Source of the DNA: Ignavibacteriales bacterium
GTDB lineage: Bacteria > Bacillota > Sulfobacillia > JABLXB01
Direction: 5' to 3'
Length of the DNA: 64,000 nucleotides
Assembly (NCBI GenBank): GCA_050260105.1
Contig: JBLNBR010000033.1
Coordinates: forward strand, 106,099 to 170,098
The notes beneath the pieces were generated by a model. The model made no database searches, had not been told where the DNA came from, and worked only from the letters and a program-made list of their open reading frames with translations. This document shows, piece by piece, positions 39,944 through 49,191 of the stretch; the first letter of the stretch is position 1; every line of letters starts with the position of its first letter. Both the position numbers and the translations under genes were made by a program.

Positions 39944-40977
39944 CTACGGTGGGGATCCCCCGGGGCATGCTGTTCTACGAATTCTACCCCATGTGGAGGG
40001 CGTATTTCCACGCGCTCGGTGTGGCCCAGGCCACCTCTCAGCAGCCCTCTCGAAGAGTGGTGGATGAGGGTATCCTGTGCGCGGTTGACGAGGCGTGCCT
40101 TCCCGTGAAGGTGTTCCTCGGGCACTGCCTGGACATGAGCCGGCGCTGCGACATGCTGTTCGTCCCGAGGATGGTCAGCGTGGAACCGGGGGCGTACACA
40201 TGCCCGAAGCTCCTCGGACTGCCGGACATGGTCAGGGCGGTGCCGGGGACCGCGCCCGTGTTGACCGCCGTGGTGGACTACACCAAGAGGCGGTTCGCCG
40301 CGTTCGGGGCCGCCATCGAGATCGGTGAGAAGCTCGGGGTCTCGCGGACCAGGTCCGCCCGCGCCCACGCGATTGCGGTCGCGCGCCATAGACAATTCAG
40401 GGCAAGGCTGGAGAGGGAAGAGGGGTGGTTCGCCGGCGCCTGCGACGGCGCGGCGGGATATCGCGTGCAAGCGGCGCGCCGCCAGGCCCCCGGCCCCCGG
40501 GAGGCCCGTGACCCCCGCGAGGCGCCTGACCGGCGCGAGGCACGAGATCGTCGCGCGCGGATCCTGGTTCTCGGTCACTCGTACGTCATCAACGACGCCG
40601 CGATCAATCTCGGGATCAAGGAACACATCGAACGAATGGGCGCGCGGGCAATCGCGCCCGATTCTGTCCCGGAAAGTGTGGCGAACCGCCATGCCGCATT
40701 TCTTCCGAAGCGCCTGTTCTGGACATACGAGAAGAGGCTCTTCGGAAGCGCACACTATTGCGTGGAGAACGGTCTGTGCGACGGCATCATTCAGATGATG
40801 TCGTTCGGCTGCGGGCCCGACTCCCTCATCTCGGAGCTCATCAGGAGAGAAGCGGGCAGGAAGCGGGTACCATATATGGCGATGGTCGTAGATGAGCACA
40901 CAGGGGAGGCGGGGGCGGTGACCAGGTTGGAGGCGTACCTGGATATGCTGTGCAGTCGGGGGATGGCGCACTCTTGA
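39940..40977 (+). CDS. Acyl-CoA dehydratase activase-related protein (DUF2229)
   Basis: VGIPRGML, EACLPVKVFLGH, CPKLLGLPD, FGCGPDS, DEHTGEAGAVTRLEAY. Confidence 0.85.
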   Translation: MTTVGIPRGMLFYEFYPMWRAYFHALGVAQATSQQPSRRVVDEGILCAVDEACLPVKVFLGHCLDMSRRCDMLFVPRMVSVEPGAYTCPKLLGLPDMVRAVPGTAPVLTAVVDYTKRRFAAFGAAIEIGEKLGVSRTRSARAHAIAVARHRQFRARLEREEGWFAGACDGAAGYRVQAARRQAPGPREARDPREAPDRREARDRRARILVLGHSYVINDAAINLGIKEHIERMGARAIAPDSVPESVANRHAAFLPKRLFWTYEKRLFGSAHYCVENGLCDGIIQMMSFGCGPDSLISELIRREAGRKRVPYMAMVVDEHTGEAGAVTRLEAYLDMLCSRGMAHS

Positions 40978-42074
40978 GACTCACGTTTCCGCGAATGGGC
41001 AATTCTCACATACCATTCAAGGCGCTGTTCGAGACGGCGGGAGTCGACGTCGTGACGCCGCCTCCCAGCACCAGGAGGACGATCAACCTGGGGGCCAGGT
41101 ACGCCCCGGAATTCGCGTGCTTCCCCCTGAAGGTCAACATCGGCAACTTCATCGAGGCGGCGGAGATGGGGGCGGACACCGTCGTCATGGCAGGGGGAAT
41201 CGGACCGTGCCGGTTCGGGTACTATGCCCAGGTGCAGAGGGCAATCATGGGGGATCTCGGCTACAACCTGGACCTGGTTGTGCTGGAACCACCGTGCCTC
41301 GGATGGGGCGGCCTCGTGCGGCAGGTGAAGCGCGTCACCGGCGGGTGCAGCGTGGGGACGCTCCTCAGGGCGATCAGGATCGCCTGGGTGAAGTGCTGCG
41401 CAGTGGACGAGGTGGAGAGACTCGCGCGGGAGGCGAGGCCGTTCGAGCGCGAGAGAGGGGCCGTGACAGGCGCTTTGAACGAGGCGCTCCGGATGATTGA
41501 CTCGGCGAAAACCCCCGCGGGGGTGAAGTCCGCCGTCGAGAAGGGCGGCGACATAATAATGAGGTGCTCGCGCCCGGGGACGCCCGGCGTGAGGGTCGGC
41601 ATCGTCGGAGAGATTTTCATGATCCTGGACGCTTTCTCAAATCTCGAGGTGGAACGGCGGCTTGGGGAGATGGGGGTCTATGTACATAGGTTCCTGTCGA
41701 TGAGCGACTGGGTCAGGTCGAACCTGCTCCCGAAGTCGTTTGCCCCTCCCGGGGAAAGGGAACTGGTGGAAAGCGCTAGACCCTGGCTGAACCACTTCGT
41801 CGGAGGGCACGGGGTCGAATCTGTTGGCGGGACCACCACCTACGCGCGGATGGGCTTCGACGGCGTCATCCAGGTCATGCCGTTCACTTGCATGCCCGAG
41901 ATAGTGGCGGAGAGCGTTCTGAGGGATGTGGCGAGGGACATGGACATACCGGTGCTAACCGTGAGTCTGGACGAACACACCGGCGAAGCGGGCCTGCAGA
42001 CTCGGCTGGAGGCGTTCGTGGACCTCCTGTCCAGGAAGCGGGCGTCCCGCGGGCGGGGGGTGGCGATGCGTTGA
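40974..42074 (+). CDS. 2-hydroxyacyl-CoA dehydratase/reductase-like (HgdD/PlsR-like) protein
   Basis: TFPRMG, PEFACFPLK, GPCRFGYY, VGEIF, PFTCMPE, DEHTGEAGLQTRLEAF. Confidence 0.82.
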   Translation: MRLTFPRMGNSHIPFKALFETAGVDVVTPPPSTRRTINLGARYAPEFACFPLKVNIGNFIEAAEMGADTVVMAGGIGPCRFGYYAQVQRAIMGDLGYNLDLVVLEPPCLGWGGLVRQVKRVTGGCSVGTLLRAIRIAWVKCCAVDEVERLAREARPFERERGAVTGALNEALRMIDSAKTPAGVKSAVEKGGDIIMRCSRPGTPGVRVGIVGEIFMILDAFSNLEVERRLGEMGVYVHRFLSMSDWVRSNLLPKSFAPPGERELVESARPWLNHFVGGHGVESVGGTTTYARMGFDGVIQVMPFTCMPEIVAESVLRDVARDMDIPVLTVSLDEHTGEAGLQTRLEAFVDLLSRKRASRGRGVAMR

Positions 42075-43060
42075 GGGCCTGGCTGGGCATAGACGTCGGC
42101 TCGGTGAGCACCGACATCGCCCTTATCGATGAGTCGAACAACCTGGCCTGCGGGGCGTATCTCATGACGAAAGGGCAGCCGATCGGGGCGGTTCAGGAAG
42201 GGCTCGAAACGATAGTGGCGTCGCTTCCGGAGGGAACAACGATCTGCGGCGTGGGGACCACGGGAAGCGGGCGTCACCTGGCGGCGGCCATAGCCGGAGC
42301 GGACGCGGTCAAGAACGAGATTACGGCCCAGGCCGTGGCTGCCATGGCGCGGGTCCCGGGGGTCAGGACCGTGATCGAGATCGGCGGACAGGACTCCAAG
42401 ATAATCATCCTGCGCGAGGGGGTTGTCGTGGATTTCGCCATGAACAGCGTCTGCGCCGCCGGAACGGGATCGTTCCTGGACAGGCAGGCGTCCCGCCTGG
42501 GCATTCCCATCGAGGAGTTCGGGCGCGTCGCTCTCACATCGTCCCACCCTACGAGGATAGCAGGCAGGTGCGCGGTGTTCGCCGAGTCGGACATGATCCA
42601 CAAGCAGCAAGTCGGCCACGCGATCGAGGACATCGTGTGGGGGCTGTGCCAGGCCCTGGTCAGAAACTATCTGAACAACGTGGGCAAGGGTAAGGATATC
42701 AAGCCTCCCGTCGTTTTCCAGGGCGGCGTCGCAGCCAACGCGGGGATGAAGCGGGCATTCGAGGACGCGCTCGGGATGGAGGTGATGGTACCGGCGGACC
42801 ACAACCTGATGGGGGCGATAGGCGCGGCGATCCTCGGGCGCGAGGCCTGTGCAAGCAAGAAGACCCAGTTCAAGGGGTTCGGGGTTTCCAGGTGCACGTT
42901 CGTCTCCGGCGGATTCGACTGCGGCGGGTGCGCCAATTGCTGCGAGATAACCGAGGTCAGGTCGGGCGATGAGGTCGTCGCCAGGTGGGGAGGGCGTTGC
43001 GGCCGCTGGGCTGTGGAAGACGGCGGCCGGATTCCGCGCCGCGCGAATTCCGTGATATAA
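42071..43060 (+). CDS. CoA-substrate-specific enzyme activase (BadF/BadG/BcrA/BcrD ATPase)
   Basis: GIDVGSVST, EIGGQDSK, MNSVCAAGTGSFL, RCAVFAESD, QGGVAAN, CxGCxNxC tail. Confidence 0.9.
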   Translation: MRAWLGIDVGSVSTDIALIDESNNLACGAYLMTKGQPIGAVQEGLETIVASLPEGTTICGVGTTGSGRHLAAAIAGADAVKNEITAQAVAAMARVPGVRTVIEIGGQDSKIIILREGVVVDFAMNSVCAAGTGSFLDRQASRLGIPIEEFGRVALTSSHPTRIAGRCAVFAESDMIHKQQVGHAIEDIVWGLCQALVRNYLNNVGKGKDIKPPVVFQGGVAANAGMKRAFEDALGMEVMVPADHNLMGAIGAAILGREACASKKTQFKGFGVSRCTFVSGGFDCGGCANCCEITEVRSGDEVVARWGGRCGRWAVEDGGRIPRRANSVI

Positions 43061-43091
43061 TGACGTAGCACTTATTTGGGAGTGGTACCAG

Positions 43092-43724
43092 TTGCTGCCC
43101 GATCTCCAGTGGATTCTCGTCGGCCTTCCGGGGCTGGTTGCCGGTTTTGCATTCCATGAATACGCGCACGCGTGGATCGCGTACAGGCAGGGTGATGTGA
43201 CGCCCAAGGCCTACGGTAGGCTCACCCTGGAGCCGTGGGCGCACCTGGACCTGCTCGGCACGATCCTCCTCCTCGTCTATGGATTCGGTTGGGCGAAGCC
43301 GGTGCCCGTCAACCCGTACAATTTCAGACACCCCAGGCAGGGAATGCTGAAGGTCGCCCTGGCGGGGCCGCTGATGAACATCGTCGTGGCCATATGCTTC
43401 CTCCTGCTCGGGAGGCTCGTTTCAGGTTTGGTCAACATCCCATTTCTCCGGGAAATACTCTGGGCCGGGGCGTCTCTGAACGTCGGCCTGGCTGTGTTCA
43501 ACACCCTCCCGATTCCACCCCTCGACGGATCTAAGATACTCGCGGGGATCGTGCCGGGCGAAGTCGCCACGTTCATCGACCGCCTGGAGCAGTACGGCCC
43601 CATTCTCCTCGTCGTCCTGGTCTCCACCGGCATGCTTCACGGCCTGCTCGGCGCCATGATCGACCTCGTGCAGGCGGCCCTTGTGCGGTCGGTGTACGCG
43701 ATTACCTGGTTCATCCCCTGGTAG
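43092..43724 (+). CDS. Site-2 protease (M50)
   Basis: HEYAH, GWAKPVPVN, ALAGP, NTLPIPPLDG. Confidence 0.93.
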   Translation: MLPDLQWILVGLPGLVAGFAFHEYAHAWIAYRQGDVTPKAYGRLTLEPWAHLDLLGTILLLVYGFGWAKPVPVNPYNFRHPRQGMLKVALAGPLMNIVVAICFLLLGRLVSGLVNIPFLREILWAGASLNVGLAVFNTLPIPPLDGSKILAGIVPGEVATFIDRLEQYGPILLVVLVSTGMLHGLLGAMIDLVQAALVRSVYAITWFIPW

Positions 43725-43733
43725 AGGTGACGA

Positions 43734-44468
43734 GTGTTGGCCCGTCCCGTGCAGTGGCTCCCGGTTAGGCTCGGGGTGTTCGAAGGCCCCCTGGACCTGC
43801 TGTTGCACCTTATCGAGGAGAACGAGGTAGACATATACGACATACCCATCGCCGAGGTGGCGGAGCAGTACCTGGGCTATCTCAGGGCGATGGAGGAACT
43901 CGATCTGGAGATAGCCAGCGAGTTTCTCGTCATGGCCGCGACACTCCTGGGGATAAAGGCGAGAATGCTCCTGCCGAAGCGCAAAGTCGACGTGATCGAG
44001 GCGCCCGAGCCGGATCCGAGGCAGGAACTCGTCGACATGCTCCTTGAATACAAGAAGGTCAAGGAAGCGGCTGCGTCTCTGAAATCCCTTCAGCAGATGC
44101 AGTCGTTTCGCTTCGCCAGGAACGTGAAGCCGCTGCCTGCCGCAGAGAAGCAGGTCGAGATCGGCGATGTCAGGCTGTACGATCTAGCCCAGAGATTCCG
44201 GCAAATCCTGGCGAGACAGCGCCCCGCGTTTTCGAGGATCGTCAGGGAATCCGTCAGCGTAAGGCAGAAAATGAAAGAGCTGCTCCAGTGGGTGGCGGGG
44301 GCCGCCCGGGGACGCGGGGTCAGTTTCGGCCGGTTCACGTCCGCCGCCGCGAGCAAGCGCGAGGTGGTCGTGGCATTCCTGGCGCTACTCGAACTGGTAA
44401 GGCGAAGGCGGATCAGGATCGAACAGCACAAGCTGTTCGGGGACGTCAAGATATTCAAGGCGGGGTGA
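43734..44468 (+). CDS. scpA: Segregation and condensation protein A
   Basis: FEGPLDLLLHLI, SEFLVMAA, FLALLEL. Confidence 0.94.
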   Translation: MLARPVQWLPVRLGVFEGPLDLLLHLIEENEVDIYDIPIAEVAEQYLGYLRAMEELDLEIASEFLVMAATLLGIKARMLLPKRKVDVIEAPEPDPRQELVDMLLEYKKVKEAAASLKSLQQMQSFRFARNVKPLPAAEKQVEIGDVRLYDLAQRFRQILARQRPAFSRIVRESVSVRQKMKELLQWVAGAARGRGVSFGRFTSAAASKREVVVAFLALLELVRRRRIRIEQHKLFGDVKIFKAG

Positions 44469-44472
44469 AACG

Positions 44473-45018
44473 GTGAACGAATCCCTGATAGTCGCGGCCG
44501 TCGAGGCTCTGCTCTTCATATCCGATTCGCCGGTGGCGGTGGACAGGCTGTCCGCGGTGATCGGGGTTGACGCCGCCGCCGTGTCGAAGGCGCTTGACAC
44601 ACTCGGGGAGCGGTATTCGAGGGACGATTCCGGTATTGAGATACAGGGGGTTGCGGGGGGCTTCCGTCTGGTCACGAGGCCCCACGTTTCGGAATTCGTC
44701 GAGAGGTTCACGCGGGTGAAGCCTGCGGGACTGTCGCAGGCTGCCCTCGAGACCCTCGCGATTGTGGCATACAGGCAACCGGTGACGCGCGCGGAGATCG
44801 ACATGATAAGGGGGGTCAAGTCCGAGAGCGCGATCAGCACTCTCCTCGAGCGCAACCTGATCAAGGAAGCCGGCCGGAAGCCGGTGTTGGGCAGGCCCAT
44901 GCTCTATGCCACCACGAGAGAATTCTTGAAGCATTTCGGCCTCGGGTCCATCGATGACCTGCCGGAGGTTCGCCCTCCCAGCGAGACTGAATACGCGGAT
45001 GAATCCGTGGGACAATAG
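44473..45018 (+). CDS. scpB: Segregation and condensation protein B
   Basis: EALLF, LSQAALETLAIVAYRQPVTR, GRP.LY.TT..FL.HFGL. Confidence 0.95.
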   Translation: MNESLIVAAVEALLFISDSPVAVDRLSAVIGVDAAAVSKALDTLGERYSRDDSGIEIQGVAGGFRLVTRPHVSEFVERFTRVKPAGLSQAALETLAIVAYRQPVTRAEIDMIRGVKSESAISTLLERNLIKEAGRKPVLGRPMLYATTREFLKHFGLGSIDDLPEVRPPSETEYADESVGQ

Positions 45019-45085
45019 GGGTTAATCGACTGCGCCCCGGGCGGGCTGGGAGGCGTGCCCTCTGAGAGTCGCACTGATCACCCTG

Positions 45086-45730
45086 GTGATTGCCGGGGTG
45101 GTTTTGTTTCTACTCGCGATATCCTGGCTGCGGGTGAGGTTCACCGCGCAGGTCAGGGGCCTCCGGGGATCGTTCCGCGTGGAGGTATCCGCGGTATACG
45201 GCCTTGTCCGACTCGAATTGGGCACGGGGGATCGCAGCGGGCGGGTCCGCCCCCGGGAAGCCGGCCCCGGTACGACGGGCAGGTCCCAGGCATGGGGCTG
45301 GTCACGGGGTCGGGCGTGGCCGCTGACTTGGTCACGGGGTACGGTGCGGGCTCGGGCGTGGGCTCGGGCGTGGGCGGAGGTCTCCGGAAGACTCCCCGCA
45401 TCGATCCCCGCCATGGTGAGGGCAGCCCGGTCTCTCCTTTCGAAAACGACCTGCACGCGGCTAGTGATGAACGCCAGGATCGGGACTGGTGAGGCTTCTT
45501 CCACCGGGATTTCGACCGGTCTGGCCTGGGAGGCGGTAGGCGTGGCGGTGGCGTTCGCGCGTGAATCGGTGGGGAGGTGGAGGTGCTCTCCCACCGTCAA
45601 CATCTCGCCATCGTTTGTCGAAAGCCGCGTGGACCTGGACCTGGACTGCGTACTGGCGATTCGCCTCGGCCACGCCGTCATCGCCGTTCTCGGGGTAGCA
45701 GGCAGGGCTTTGAGGACGCGACCCAGTTGA
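45086..45730 (+). CDS. DUF2953 (YtfI-like) protein
   Basis: N-terminal TM, IGTGEASSTGISTG motif, after scpB; a CTG start at 45062 behind GGAGG is possible. Confidence 0.7.
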   Translation: MIAGVVLFLLAISWLRVRFTAQVRGLRGSFRVEVSAVYGLVRLELGTGDRSGRVRPREAGPGTTGRSQAWGWSRGRAWPLTWSRGTVRARAWARAWAEVSGRLPASIPAMVRAARSLLSKTTCTRLVMNARIGTGEASSTGISTGLAWEAVGVAVAFARESVGRWRCSPTVNISPSFVESRVDLDLDCVLAIRLGHAVIAVLGVAGRALRTRPS

Positions 45731-45745
45731 TGAGCATCCGATTCA

Positions 45746-45788
45746 GCGCGAATACTGCCGGGCATGAATACCTGCCGGGCGCGAATAC
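45746..45788. repeat. Imperfect 16-17 bp tandem repeat between convergent genes
   Basis: gcgcgaatactgccgg / gcatgaatacctgccgg / gcgcgaatac. Confidence 0.7.
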
Positions 45789-46376
45789 TCACTGGGTGCC
45801 AGGCTGGATTTCCTCGCTCGCCTGAAGGGGATGACCCTTCAGAATGTGTTCCACCTCCTCGAACCCCGTCGGGAATGCGAAGTTGTAACGGGCGGGAAGC
45901 GCAAAGACGTATTCGCTGTTGCGACCGAGTTCACTGGGCCCGATAGGGGCTGCGGCGATGTGGTATTTCCCCTGCTGGAGTGATTCCCATTGAGCGAGGG
46001 TGAACACCATGATGGGGATGTCCTGGCGCGGGTCCTGAGAAGTCCACTGAGGGTGTCTGATGGAGATCATCGGGCCGGTATCGCTGGCGGTCTCACCCTG
46101 TGGGCCTCGTGGGGCCAGGCCCTCCCACTTGTCAGCCACAATCACATAGCCCTTCCAGCTCTCCGGCAGGGAGAATCTGAAGCCGTATTGGGTATTCTTG
46201 TACACGATGGAGCCGGTTTCGCCTGCGGACTCACCGGAGGCGCCGGGAGCAGTCGCCTGCGGTGTCCCGGCGGGCGGTTTCTCCTCTGCCGGTTGGATCC
46301 CATCTTGCCCGTCGGCACACCCATGCACAAAGACACTCAGCAACAGAACGAGCACACACAGTAGTCGCCTCTTCAT
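45789..46376 (-). CDS. Lipoprotein of unknown function
   Basis: MKRR + hydrophobic + VHGC lipobox; YKNTQYGFRFSLPESWKGY; GGAGG RBS. Confidence 0.8.
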   Translation of the reverse strand: MKRRLLCVLVLLLSVFVHGCADGQDGIQPAEEKPPAGTPQATAPGASGESAGETGSIVYKNTQYGFRFSLPESWKGYVIVADKWEGLAPRGPQGETASDTGPMISIRHPQWTSQDPRQDIPIMVFTLAQWESLQQGKYHIAAAPIGPSELGRNSEYVFALPARYNFAFPTGFEEVEHILKGHPLQASEEIQPGTQ

Positions 46377-46802
46377 AGTGAGCCTCCCCGAATATCATCC
46401 CAGTTGTCTAAGGGACGCGGGAAGCGCCCCCGTGGTTCCTTGCCTGTCGGGTCCTTTTGAGGAATCGGCGTGGCTGTGGACGGCCTTTAGGCAGCGGTGC
46501 TCACGTCGATCACTGTCCCACGGCAGCGATGCGGGCCGTGAACGTTGCTGGGGCGCAGCGATTAGCCGCCAAGTATGCTGCTGTACAGCGAATAACCAAC
46601 GAATTGCTGCCGGTGAACATCGAACAGCCGTCCGGACGCTGCTGGTGAGCAGATCTGCCGTCGAGAGACAGATCTACTGTCGAGAAACATGTCCACCATC
46701 GAAGCCCGTCGTTGCCTGGTTGTGTGATTGACCTGGCAAGGTATGGGCAACCTTCCTCGTGCCGCCATGCGGCCGTGAAGACCCGGGAGGGGAGTTCCGG
46801 CT

Positions 46803-46832
46803 GCATACTCAGGATCCGCACAGGCCATGCTA
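46803..46832 (+). promoter_or_regulatory. Putative sigmaF/sigmaG promoter of ytfJ-ku-ligD
   Basis: GCATA-N15-GGCCATGCTA. Confidence 0.55.
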
Positions 46833-46882
46833 TTATCGCGATTCTTGGGGTGGAGCGGACGCGTTGAGGAGGGGAGCCAGGG

Positions 46883-47383
46883 TTGGACGAACATCCGATT
46901 CAGGGCCTGATGAAGACGGCCATGGAGAGCATCAAGGACATGGTTGACGTGAACACGGTGGTAGGGGACCCTGTGGAGAGCCCCGACGGCAGCGTGATAG
47001 TGCCGGTTTCCAGGGTGACATTCGGGTTCACTGCGGGTGGCGGCGAGTTCAGCCCGTTCGGAGGGGGCGGCGAAGGCAGAGGCGGTGAAGGTAGAGGCGG
47101 CGAGGGGAGAGGGAACCTGAACGGTGGCACGAGGCCGTTTGCCGGTGGAAGCGGGGCGGGGGTCTCGGTACAGCCCGTCGGGTTCCTGGTCGTCGGCCAG
47201 GGCACAGTGAGGATGCTGCCGGTGTCGGGTGGCGCCGTGTTCGACCGGATCATAGACGCCGCGCCCGGGCTGCTCGCGCAGCTGAGAGCGATGCTGCGCA
47301 AGGAGGAACAGGTCACGCCGGCGCCGGCCGCCGCTCAGCACGCGCCTGTCATGCAGTCCCCGAGGCCGCCCGGGAGCGTCTAG
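46883..47383 (+). CDS. ytfJ: GerW/YtfJ family sporulation protein
   Basis: EHPIQGLMKTAMESIKDMVDVNTVVGDP, PFAGGSGAGVSVQPVGFLV. Confidence 0.93.
   Translation: MDEHPIQGLMKTAMESIKDMVDVNTVVGDPVESPDGSVIVPVSRVTFGFTAGGGEFSPFGGGGEGRGGEGRGGEGRGNLNGGTRPFAGGSGAGVSVQPVGFLVVGQGTVRMLPVSGGAVFDRIIDAAPGLLAQLRAMLRKEEQVTPAPAAAQHAPVMQSPRPPGSV
47066..47110 (+). repeat. 15-bp tandem repeat x3 encoding (GGEGR)3
   Basis: ggcggcgaaggcaga ggcggtgaaggtaga ggcggcgaggggaga. Confidence 0.8.
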
Positions 47384-47392
47384 GCGAGGGCC

Positions 47393-48214
47393 GTGCGACC
47401 CCTCTGGAAGGGCGCGATCTCGTTCGGGCTGGTCAACATCCCCGTGAGGCTGTACGCCGCCACCGAACGGAAGGACCCGCAGTTTCACTACCTGCACCAG
47501 GTCTGCGGTTCCCCGGTCAAGTACCTCAAGTGGTGCCCGTATTGCGACAGGGAGGTCCGGTCTGAGGAAATCGTCTGGGGGTATGAGTACGAGAAAGGCA
47601 AGTATCTCGTGTTCCGGGAGGATGAGCTGGAGGGCATCCCGTCACCCGCGCCGAGGACGATCACCATCGAGGACTTCGTCGACATACGTGAGATTGACCC
47701 GGTCTACTTCGATAAGACGTATTTCCTGGAGCCGGCCGAGGGCGGCGAGAGGGCGTATGCGCTGCTGCGCGGGGCAATGAGGGATAGTGGCCGGATCGCG
47801 GTCGCGCGTGTTGCGATCAGGTCCAAGGAGAGCCTGGCGACTGTCAGACAGTACGGGGACGGCATCCTCGTGATGGAGACCATGTTCTGGCCGGACGAGA
47901 TCAGGTCCGCCGCGGCCCTGTCCGTTCCGGCGGGGGACGAGATGGGTGAACGCGAGGCGCAAATGGCGAGGACGCTCGTCGAGATGCTCTCGGGGGCCTT
48001 CGATCCCGCGAAATACAGGAGCGAGCGCAGGGAGAGGCTCGGGGAGATGATCGAGGCGAAGATGGAAGGGCGCGGGGTGGAGGCCCCGCGGCCCCCCGAG
48101 GCCGCGAAGGTGGTGGACCTGATGGAGGCGTTGAAGAGAAGCATCGCAGGCGCAGAGGAGAAGCGCGCCCGGGACGGCGGCACCCAGGTCCCGGCCTCAG
48201 AGCGCGCGCACTGA
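47393..48214 (+). CDS. ku: NHEJ DNA end-binding protein Ku
   Basis: WKGAISFGLVNIPV, GYEYEKG, DPVYFDKTYFL, VVDLMEALKRS. Confidence 0.96.
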   Translation: MRPLWKGAISFGLVNIPVRLYAATERKDPQFHYLHQVCGSPVKYLKWCPYCDREVRSEEIVWGYEYEKGKYLVFREDELEGIPSPAPRTITIEDFVDIREIDPVYFDKTYFLEPAEGGERAYALLRGAMRDSGRIAVARVAIRSKESLATVRQYGDGILVMETMFWPDEIRSAAALSVPAGDEMGEREAQMARTLVEMLSGAFDPAKYRSERRERLGEMIEAKMEGRGVEAPRPPEAAKVVDLMEALKRSIAGAEEKRARDGGTQVPASERAH

Positions 48215-49191
48215 TGTGGGACCCCGTCAATGGGCCGATTGCCCCGATGCTCGCCACACCGGTGGAGAAGGCGTTCGATTCTCTGGAGTACCTTTTCGAG
48301 ATCAAGTGGGACGGGTACAGGGCCATCGCCTTCCTTGGTAGCGAAACGCGGCTGCAGAGCCGGAGGCTCAGGGACATCACCGGGGAGTTCCCTGACCTGG
48401 GCAATCTCCACAGGAGCTTCCCGGGAACCAGCATGACGTTGGACGGCGAGATAGTGGTCATGAAGGGCGGAAGGCCGGACTTCCAGGCATTGCAGCACAG
48501 GCAGGGGCCCGCGATCTACGTCGCGTTCGACATCCTCGCCCTGAACGGGGAGGGACTCCTCGATCACCCCCTGGTCGAGAGGAAGCGGATGCTGGCAGCA
48601 GCCGTGAAAGCGGCGGCCGTGGGTGGCGACGAGAGGATCACCGTTGCGCCGTTCTTCCCGGGCGCCGGTGTGTCACTGTTCGAAGCCGCGGCGGAACGTG
48701 GCCTGGAGGGGATAGTGGCCAAGAGCGGCGGCAGCCCTTACTTGCCGGGGGCCCGGACCGCCTACTGGAAGAAAGTCAGGTGCAAGCGGACGGTGGACTG
48801 CGTGATAGGGGGGGTGTCGAGCGGCGCAGGTTCTCCGCTGGGGTCACTGGCGCTCGGCCTTTACGCAGGACACAACCTCATCTACACCGGGCATACGGGC
48901 ACCGGCTTCAGCGACAGGGAGCGCGAGCAGTTGTTGTCACTGTTTACATTTGTCGGCGAGCCACCGTTCACTATCGTTACACGGCGGTTGCCGCCCGAGC
49001 TGAGGGGCGTGAAATGGGTAAAGCCCGATACGGTGTGCGAGGTGTCGTACACCGAGATGACGGATGACCTCAGGCTGAGGCACCCGTCCTACCAGCGGCT
49101 TCGCAGCGACAAGTCGCCGCTGGAGTGCACGTTTGATCAGGTGGAAAGTGAAGGGAGGGCTGGCGATCGACGGGACGGTAGTAAGGGTTGA
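48214..49191 (+). CDS. ligD: ATP-dependent DNA ligase (LigD ligase domain)
   Basis: PMLA, EIKWDGYRA, LDGE, FDIL, LEGIVAK, LRHP. Confidence 0.9.
   Translation: MWDPVNGPIAPMLATPVEKAFDSLEYLFEIKWDGYRAIAFLGSETRLQSRRLRDITGEFPDLGNLHRSFPGTSMTLDGEIVVMKGGRPDFQALQHRQGPAIYVAFDILALNGEGLLDHPLVERKRMLAAAVKAAAVGGDERITVAPFFPGAGVSLFEAAAERGLEGIVAKSGGSPYLPGARTAYWKKVRCKRTVDCVIGGVSSGAGSPLGSLALGLYAGHNLIYTGHTGTGFSDREREQLLSLFTFVGEPPFTIVTRRLPPELRGVKWVKPDTVCEVSYTEMTDDLRLRHPSYQRLRSDKSPLECTFDQVESEGRAGDRRDGSKG

Noticed and set aside
46400-46445. Integron attC-like site beside the lipoprotein gene
   Set aside because: No paired RYYYAAC/GTTRRRY boxes, no integron integrase, no second cassette
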